Shown piece by piece: positions 25,287-32,000 of a stretch of DNA of 32,000 bases. Position numbers and translations under genes: made by a program. The DNA comes from Promethearchaeota archaeon (GTDB taxonomy: Archaea > Asgardarchaeota > Lokiarchaeia > Sigyniarchaeales > Promethearchaeaceae): the NCBI GenBank assembly GCA_016933055.1, contig JAFGBS010000009.1, positions 600,001-632,000 of the forward strand, read 5' to 3'. Under the pieces are notes generated by a model that was given only the letters and a program-made list of their open reading frames with translations, made no database searches and was not told the origin of the DNA. Positions within the stretch are counted from its first letter, which is position 1; each line of letters begins with the position of its first letter.

Positions 25287-26270
25287 ATGACTAGCGAATA
25301 TGTAGTAAAAGAGTATCATAAAAAAAATATCATTTACAAGCATCTTCATTTGGGCACCAATTTACCCGTTCTAGATTCTTTTAGGAAGTATATATATCGG
25401 GAAATTGACCAGATGGGATGTTTTTCTATAGTGCTCAAAGATTCTAATTCTGAAGAAGTTTTGGGACATACTATGCTATTTAAATGGGAAGATAAATTGT
25501 ATTTTGCGTTTTTTTATGCTAAAGAAGTATCATTTAAAAATGCAAAACGCCTAATTACCGAAATCGAAAGTAAAGCAAGACAATTAAATTGCAAAATGGT
25601 TTTAGGTCCCGTAAATTTGCCGCCATATATTTACGGTTTTGGATTTTCTGAAGAAGGAAGCGATACATCTATATTCGCAATGGCTCCAACAACTGACCCT
25701 GCCTATATTGATCATTTTAGAAAATTAGATTATCAATCTCCTCAAAAATTTTTACACTTCCGGGCTCCTTTACGACCAGTTCCGTACGAGAAAAAGTATG
25801 ATATTCGTTTTGCAGATCTAAGAAATCCAGCTGAATGGAAGGATAAATTTTTAGAACTTCAATACAGATTATATCCTTCGCAAATTCAAATCACTCCTAA
25901 TCAAGCTTATTTATTTGATGATATTCTAGAATTTTTAAATGAATTTTCTAATAACGATTCAGTATTTTTGATATATAATGATGACGGGAACTTGATAGGA
26001 ATAGGATGGGGTTCTCCCAATCCCTTTGATCTAAACGATAATGGGAAAACTAGGAGTTATGTTCTATTTGGAGCAGCAGTTGAAAAAGAATATCAAAAAC
26101 AAGGGATACTAACTGAAGTCTTTAAGTTATGTGGAAATCATTTCACTCAACAAGGTGTAACTTATGGGGAGGGATTTACTAATGAAGAAAACATCGCATC
26201 CATACGGTTATTTAAAAGTTGGGGTGCAGAGCACACGAGAACTCATGTCTTAATGATAAAACAAATCTAA
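25287..26270 (+). CDS. GNAT-superfamily protein (YghO-like)
   Basis: VLGPVNLPPYIYGFGF...DPAYIDHF segment and C-terminal AAVEKEYQKQGI...NEENIASIRL. Confidence 0.65.
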   Translation: MTSEYVVKEYHKKNIIYKHLHLGTNLPVLDSFRKYIYREIDQMGCFSIVLKDSNSEEVLGHTMLFKWEDKLYFAFFYAKEVSFKNAKRLITEIESKARQLNCKMVLGPVNLPPYIYGFGFSEEGSDTSIFAMAPTTDPAYIDHFRKLDYQSPQKFLHFRAPLRPVPYEKKYDIRFADLRNPAEWKDKFLELQYRLYPSQIQITPNQAYLFDDILEFLNEFSNNDSVFLIYNDDGNLIGIGWGSPNPFDLNDNGKTRSYVLFGAAVEKEYQKQGILTEVFKLCGNHFTQQGVTYGEGFTNEENIASIRLFKSWGAEHTRTHVLMIKQI

Positions 26271-26471
26271 CGATACCGAGAAATCCAAACCAACCAATAA
26301 CGATATTTCTGCGAAAAAGATCCTTAAGTTTTGAAGATAAATTCACCTGAAAACATGGATGATTGGAAACTTAACTGGAAATATTTTATGGGATAATAAA
26401 TTTAAGGAGACTTCCTATTTTTTCTTTAGGGGGTTCTAATTATAAGGAATTCTCCGGTTAGTGTGGTGTAT

Positions 26472-28040
26472 ATGGAAAAAGAAAAATCTGACTTAGAATC
26501 AACCTATAAAATCATAGTAGATAATTTTACTCTACCAATTCTGGTCATACAGCTGCATAGGGAAGACAACAGTAACACTATCCGGTATTTCAATTTCAAA
26601 TTTCAAGAACTCTCAAAAGATTATATAATATTTCCAAAAATTGATATTGCATGTGGTGACCGATTTCCTTTTTTCAAAGTCAGCTCCATTAGCAAATTAC
26701 GTCGATTGGAAGTAATTTTGGAAGGATTAAAAAAGGTATTTCAGGAAAAACCAGGTTATTCATTACCTATTACTACCAGTTTGATCAAACGCTTTAAAAA
26801 TGGAATACAATCTGATGTTGCTGCATTGGAGAACATCGCGAATCAAATCCCCTATCAATTAACTGTAATTAAACTCACGGAGGATATGGTAGCGGTAATT
26901 TACGAGAAAATTCAAGTAATCGGGAATGCTTTTTCTTTAAATTTAAATAACATCGTTAGTTTAGGTGCTACCCAACAGGGAGCATTCATATTGAAAGATG
27001 ATGTAATTAATTATGCAAATGCCCAATTCATAGAAATGTTAGATTATGATAAACCGAACGAAATTATAGATAAACCAATAAAAGAGTTCATAACTAAGAG
27101 TGATTATGAAGGTTTCACGATGCAATTAGAGGATTTAAAAGAATCTGAAAGCTTCGAAACCACATGCCGATTTGTGAAAAAAGACGGGTCCTTGATTTGG
27201 ATGCGATTAAGTTGTGGTATATTCAATTTAGGTAAACGATTCGGGAATTCAGTCGTGTGTGATGTAGTTGATATTACGGAACAAAAAAGGACTGAATTGA
27301 CCTTATTCCAAACGCATCGCATGGCATCTATTGGTGAATTAGCCTCGGGAGTAGCACATGAAATCAATAATCCACTATTTGGTATAATGAATTATGCCGG
27401 ATTAATTAAGGATACAGTTGATGAGGGTGGTAACATAACGAAGGATTCAGAAGAGTATGAATTCTTAACGGGTATTATTGAAGAATCTGAAAGAATTGCA
27501 GAGATTACTAATAATTTATCTGAATTTTCGCGTAATGTAGAAGATCGCGATTATGTTGAGACAGATATTGAGGAACTGATCCAAAAAGTGGAAAATGTGC
27601 TAAGACATCAGCTGAAACGCTCCCATGTAACAATTGAAAAAAATATTACAAAGGATTTCCCGAAATATTTAATGCTTCAAAAGAATCGGATTCGGACTAC
27701 ATTATTCAACATTATTCTCAATTCTATACAAGCAGTAGAGCCTGTTAAAGACCGCGATCATATAATAAAAATCAACCTTAGCACAAAGCAGTATAATGGC
27801 AATACCGATGCAATAATAAAAATTCATGATAATGGGATAGGTATAGAAGACGATAAATTAGTCAAAGTGTTCGATCCGTTTTATACATCTAATAGATGCA
27901 AGAAAACTGGATTGGGCCTTCACACAGTATATCAAATCATAAAAGAACACGATGGAGATATACATATAAATAGTAAATTTGGACAATGGACGGAAATAAC
28001 GATTTCTCTACCGATAAAGCCTCGTGAAAATAAAAAGTAA
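26472..28040 (+). CDS. Cytoplasmic PAS-domain sensor histidine kinase
   Basis: PAS/PAC (INYANAQF...KKDGSLIW...DITEQK), H-box AHEINNPL, N-box NSIQA, G1 DNGIGI, F-box FDPFYT, G2 TGLGL. Confidence 0.95.
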   Translation: MEKEKSDLESTYKIIVDNFTLPILVIQLHREDNSNTIRYFNFKFQELSKDYIIFPKIDIACGDRFPFFKVSSISKLRRLEVILEGLKKVFQEKPGYSLPITTSLIKRFKNGIQSDVAALENIANQIPYQLTVIKLTEDMVAVIYEKIQVIGNAFSLNLNNIVSLGATQQGAFILKDDVINYANAQFIEMLDYDKPNEIIDKPIKEFITKSDYEGFTMQLEDLKESESFETTCRFVKKDGSLIWMRLSCGIFNLGKRFGNSVVCDVVDITEQKRTELTLFQTHRMASIGELASGVAHEINNPLFGIMNYAGLIKDTVDEGGNITKDSEEYEFLTGIIEESERIAEITNNLSEFSRNVEDRDYVETDIEELIQKVENVLRHQLKRSHVTIEKNITKDFPKYLMLQKNRIRTTLFNIILNSIQAVEPVKDRDHIIKINLSTKQYNGNTDAIIKIHDNGIGIEDDKLVKVFDPFYTSNRCKKTGLGLHTVYQIIKEHDGDIHINSKFGQWTEITISLPIKPRENKK

Positions 28041-28196
28041 AGCTTCTGATAATAATTGGTTCATGTAAAAACCAAAAAGGAACACACTTATTTTTAATTA
28101 TTGAATACACCTAAGAAGTTCATTAGTAATGGGAATAAAATTATTAGATATGACTTCTCTTAAACAATATAAGATCATTGGAGAAAAACTACTAAA

Positions 28197-30551
28197 ATGC
28201 CATGTATGTATTGCGGTTCTACTACGATTGCATATTCTTGTGAGAAATGCGGTAATCAATTCTGTTCGGATCATGTGATCACAACCGAGTATTATAGTTG
28301 TAAGAAACATGGGATAAAATACACTACTGCTCAAGCTGAACAATCTGATTATCGTTGTACTCTTATTCCAAAAAGTTCCTGTCCCGACTGTTCGAAAGAA
28401 TTAACCATTGATAAGTTACCATCTGGTCAATATTTTCTTAACTGTCCTAGTTGCTCTTGGGATTCTTTCAATGGAACTCCGAAAATCCATTATATCACAA
28501 AAAAATTAGTATTTGACGAAGGTTCTCGATCAGGATTGATTCAAAGACCTGAAGAATGTGGATTAAAATTGAAGATCAACCAAGGAGTCCAGATTTGCTC
28601 TAATTGTTTCATTCAATCCTTAGAAAGTGGTGGTGTAACATCATTCGCCACTATTAAAAATATATACAATATCGATACTCGTACGATTGTGCGAATTATA
28701 AATAAATTAAAGAAAGACAAACTCATTACAGGACAAATCGACACGAAAAATCAAGTTTTCATTTATATACCCGATGATTCTCGAGCATATATAAATGATG
28801 AAATTCAAAAAAATGGAAAAATCTCAATGCTACAGATTGCAAACCGATTCAATGTTCCCGAGGACAATGGTTTAGAATTAATGTACGAAGTTTTGAAAGA
28901 ATTTGAAATTCATGGAACCTTTGACACAAAGAAAAAAAACTACTATAGTATAGATTTCCTGAACGAATATATTGTAAAAACCGTCGATGAGAAAGGCAGA
29001 GTCTCCATCCAAGAAATGAGTGATATATTGGGTACATCAGTAGATATCGTGAAATATTATGTAATTGAATTATTCAAGTCTCAGAAGTTGGATGCGTATT
29101 TTGCAGATAGCGGTAAACAAATTGTATCGAAAAATAAACTGAAATCTGAAGTAGAATCATATTGTAAAGAACACGGATTATTTAAGCTGACAGATGCTGC
29201 AAAACATTTCAACGTAGCTGTAGAACTCATTCGAAAATCTTTGGTCGCACTCATTAAAGAAAAACGTATTCGTGGATTATTTACACAGAAAAAAGAATTC
29301 ATAACAGAAGAAGAATTATCCAGCCGTATTAAGAGTGTCACCCGTGTTTATCGAACTATGAAATTGCGAGAACTAGCCTTAAAACTGGGAATAACAGAAT
29401 TAAGAGTTGAAGAAACTTTAGCCAGTTTGATTTCACGTGGAGCTATTTATGGATTTATTGACATGAATCGTCGAGAATTTGTCGCTGATAGACAACAACC
29501 TACAACAATGGGTCCCACAGTTATTCCTTTAGATGACACGACACAAACTACCGGTAGCGTGGAAGTACTGCGAGAATATGATTTTGTAGGGGGTCAACTA
29601 CACTTTAAAGTTGTGGTAAAAAACCACACAGATAAAGTCATCACTGACATCAAAATCATATTGGATGCGCCAAGTTCTTACAGGAAACAGAGTGATATCT
29701 TGAAAGTCTCAACCATTTCCCCGCACAATTCTAGAGGTATTGATTTTTATCTCGAGCCCGTAGAATGTGGTATCTCAACAATAGGGGGGACTGTGATCTA
29801 TAAAGATGCGACGGGAAAGCCTCACACTATTCATATTAGACCTAAAGAAGTTCAAATCAAATGTCCTTTAGTATCAAAAACTCTAGATACCATAGAGGAT
29901 TGCCAGATTACTATTCAAAATCTTCCAAGTGATGCACGAGCATTTTTGATAGCAGATCTGGATCCAAAACTCGCTTATCGTGCAGCATTTCGGGCTATTA
30001 CCAATTTTGATACTCGAAATGTCACCAGTTTGGAACTTTCTGATCCAGATGATTACAAGGCTGAAGCGTGGTTCTCGTCCGAAGCTAAGGTTACTGGTGG
30101 GCGCATCATCACTCGAATCGCCGTATCGGGGAAGAATCAGAGTTTAGAGATTCGCGTGTGGTGTAACGATCCTGGACAATTAACAGGATTTCTGGCTAAA
30201 ATCATTGAATTACTCTTCCTGGAAATTAATATCGTTAGGAAGGTAAAAGCAGAAGAACGTCAGCGCACCTTAGATGTAATGTCTATAACACAGAACCTAA
30301 TTACTGCTAGTGATTTTTGTGCTGTTAGATATAAAGCTAAGGATATATTATTAAAATTAGAAGATACGCATTATCGTATGTCACGTGTAGTGGGTAATAC
30401 AGATCCTACACTTGCTAAGATTCAGTATTGGATAGAAAAACTTCAGAAATATGACGAGGAAGAGAAAATCCAAGAGAAAGAAGCTGATTCGTTAATGAGT
30501 GATATTGAAGGCTTCCAAAACACCCTAGCTCGAAGTTTAGCACCCACATAA
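28197..30551 (+). CDS. Multidomain protein: AN1-type Zn finger and further Cys pairs, tandem PCI-like winged helices, beta-sandwich/platform C-terminus
   Basis: CMYC...CEKCGNQFCSDH; CPDC, CPSC, CSNC; repeated G-x-(I/F)-D/T...Y/F...helix-G(K/R)(I/V)S units; C-terminal LHFKVVVKN...IDFYLEPVECGISTIGGTVIYKD. Confidence 0.75.
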   Translation: MPCMYCGSTTIAYSCEKCGNQFCSDHVITTEYYSCKKHGIKYTTAQAEQSDYRCTLIPKSSCPDCSKELTIDKLPSGQYFLNCPSCSWDSFNGTPKIHYITKKLVFDEGSRSGLIQRPEECGLKLKINQGVQICSNCFIQSLESGGVTSFATIKNIYNIDTRTIVRIINKLKKDKLITGQIDTKNQVFIYIPDDSRAYINDEIQKNGKISMLQIANRFNVPEDNGLELMYEVLKEFEIHGTFDTKKKNYYSIDFLNEYIVKTVDEKGRVSIQEMSDILGTSVDIVKYYVIELFKSQKLDAYFADSGKQIVSKNKLKSEVESYCKEHGLFKLTDAAKHFNVAVELIRKSLVALIKEKRIRGLFTQKKEFITEEELSSRIKSVTRVYRTMKLRELALKLGITELRVEETLASLISRGAIYGFIDMNRREFVADRQQPTTMGPTVIPLDDTTQTTGSVEVLREYDFVGGQLHFKVVVKNHTDKVITDIKIILDAPSSYRKQSDILKVSTISPHNSRGIDFYLEPVECGISTIGGTVIYKDATGKPHTIHIRPKEVQIKCPLVSKTLDTIEDCQITIQNLPSDARAFLIADLDPKLAYRAAFRAITNFDTRNVTSLELSDPDDYKAEAWFSSEAKVTGGRIITRIAVSGKNQSLEIRVWCNDPGQLTGFLAKIIELLFLEINIVRKVKAEERQRTLDVMSITQNLITASDFCAVRYKAKDILLKLEDTHYRMSRVVGNTDPTLAKIQYWIEKLQKYDEEEKIQEKEADSLMSDIEGFQNTLARSLAPT

Positions 30552-30625
30552 CACCTATCATTTTTTTATTGCTTTATTAACACACCAAAACTTTCCTTTT
30601 TTTACCCTCTTGCATATTATCCCTT

Positions 30626-32000
30626 ATGATCAAACGTGCTTTAGTATCAGTGTTTAATAAAACTGGTGTTCTAAATTTCGTAAAAACCTTACAAGATGAA
30701 TTTGGTATTGAGATCTTATCAACAGGAGGAACCGCTAAACTTCTACAAGAAAACGGAATTGAAGTTATTCAAGTATCGGATTATACAAAATCTCCAGAAG
30801 TTTTTAGTGGACGGGTGAAAACATTGCATCCTCGTATTGAAGGAGGTATTTTAATGCGTCGAGATAATGAATCTGACTTAAAGGAAGCAGTAGAGAACAA
30901 TATACCTCCCATAGACATGGTAGTATGCAATTTATATCCCTTTACGAACGTAATTTCGAAACCTGATGTCCCATTAGAAACAGCTTTGGAAATGATCGAC
31001 ATTGGAGGCCCGACAATGATCCGAGCAGCTGCCAAAACATTCCCTTTTGTGACCGTTATTTCTGATCCATCCCAGTTTGAGATGATATTGCAAGAATTGA
31101 GGGAAAATCATGGCCAAACAACTTTGAAAACTAGGGAAGCATTAGCAGTTACAGTGTTCCAGAAAATGGCTTTCTATGACAGCGCTATTGCAAATTATCT
31201 GATATCAAGGCAACACAAACAGCCATTACCTGAAATACTAATCCGTCAATACCAAAAAATACAAGACTGCAGATATGGAGAGAATTGGGATCAAAAAGCA
31301 GCATTCTATAGAGATATGGAAGCTGTTCTTGGATTATCTGATTTCAAACAGTTACACGGAAAGGAGTTATCCTTCAATAATTTCCTAGATGTGGACTCTT
31401 GCGTTCAGATGCTTTTAGATTTAGACACCAAACATTTTGTTACTGCGATTCTCAAACACACTACCCCCAATGGAGTGGCAATAGATTATGAAAGTCAGCT
31501 TGAATCCTGTAAACGGGCTTTTAGTTGCGATCCCATGTCTGCATTTGGAGGAGTTTGGGGATTTAATAAGAAATTAGAAAAATCAGTAGCCGATTACATT
31601 ATCAATGAAAAGAAAATATTTGTAGAGGTAATAATCGCTCCCGAATATGAGGAGAGTGCATTATCTATATTAAAGACCAAAGAAAATATTCGTATACTTG
31701 AATTTCCTGGCTTTCTAGACCGTCGGGATGAATTTTATGCAAGACCTGAGCTAAGAAGCACTCTTGGGGGGGTTCTGATGCAAGATTACGATTCGGGTCC
31801 TGTTATAAAGGAATGGGATGAAAAAACAAGCAGGAAAACTGATGAACGCGAAAAAGAAGCCTTGATTTTTGCCTATAAGGTAACTAAATGGGCAAAAAGT
31901 AATTCTGCAGCGTTTGCTAAGGAATACGAAACTGGAGTATACACATTAGGTATAGGAGCAGGACAACAATCTAGGGTACATGTTGTAAAACTAGCGATTC
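30626..32000 (+). CDS. purH: Bifunctional AICAR transformylase/IMP cyclohydrolase, partial (runs off the right edge)
   Basis: My translation: MIKRALVSV...STGGT...GRVKTLHP...NLYPF...IDIGGPTMIRAAAK...RYGEN...HGKELSFNN...SAFGG...GIGAGQQSRV, open to 32000. Missing from the ORF track because it has no stop in the window. Confidence 0.97.
   Translation, partial: MIKRALVSVFNKTGVLNFVKTLQDEFGIEILSTGGTAKLLQENGIEVIQVSDYTKSPEVFSGRVKTLHPRIEGGILMRRDNESDLKEAVENNIPPIDMVVCNLYPFTNVISKPDVPLETALEMIDIGGPTMIRAAAKTFPFVTVISDPSQFEMILQELRENHGQTTLKTREALAVTVFQKMAFYDSAIANYLISRQHKQPLPEILIRQYQKIQDCRYGENWDQKAAFYRDMEAVLGLSDFKQLHGKELSFNNFLDVDSCVQMLLDLDTKHFVTAILKHTTPNGVAIDYESQLESCKRAFSCDPMSAFGGVWGFNKKLEKSVADYIINEKKIFVEVIIAPEYEESALSILKTKENIRILEFPGFLDRRDEFYARPELRSTLGGVLMQDYDSGPVIKEWDEKTSRKTDEREKEALIFAYKVTKWAKSNSAAFAKEYETGVYTLGIGAGQQSRVHVVKLAI

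Noticed and set aside
28098-28343. 81-aa minus-strand ORF between the kinase and the 784-aa gene
   Set aside because: Overlaps the Cys-rich start of the 784-aa gene in antisense and has no recognisable motif.
1-32000. CRISPR arrays, tRNA/rRNA genes, transposases, integrases, selenoprotein TGA read-through
   Set aside because: No regularly spaced repeats, cloverleaf-like sequences or mobile-element motifs seen by eye, and no truncated redox protein with a Cys-position TGA. tRNAscan-SE and Infernal would be needed to be sure.

Overview
AT-rich, gene-dense archaeal chromosomal window, most likely from an Asgard (Lokiarchaeia-like) genome; this is inferred from an Arf-like small GTPase, a roadblock protein, an AN1-zinc-finger/winged-helix-repeat protein and an archaeal-type AsnRS. 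About 27 credible CDSs, including purH running off the right edge, which the ORF track missed. I saw no rRNA, tRNA, CRISPR array or transposase. The best candidate for an undescribed system is at 343-5945: a RimK-type ATP-grasp ligase gene 2 nt upstream of a YcaO gene with a TPR-like/Cys4 tail, converging on a circularly permuted ATP-grasp ligase that follows an ion-transporter-superfamily permease. That is three ATP-dependent amide or carboxylate activating enzymes with no TfuA, E1-like partner or obvious precursor. Other highlights: a P2-type ATPase whose TM4 PEGL motif is replaced by flippase-like PINI and whose TM6 ligands are lost; a small GTPase in an operon with a longin-like/winged-helix protein; a 784-aa protein with DDRGK1/UFL1-like winged-helix repeats and a coat-appendage-like C-terminus; and a cryptic, synonymously diverged CGFLGG x2 repeat next to a run of palindromes at 17.6-18.1 kb. 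All family assignments come from reading motifs by eye; no searches were run.
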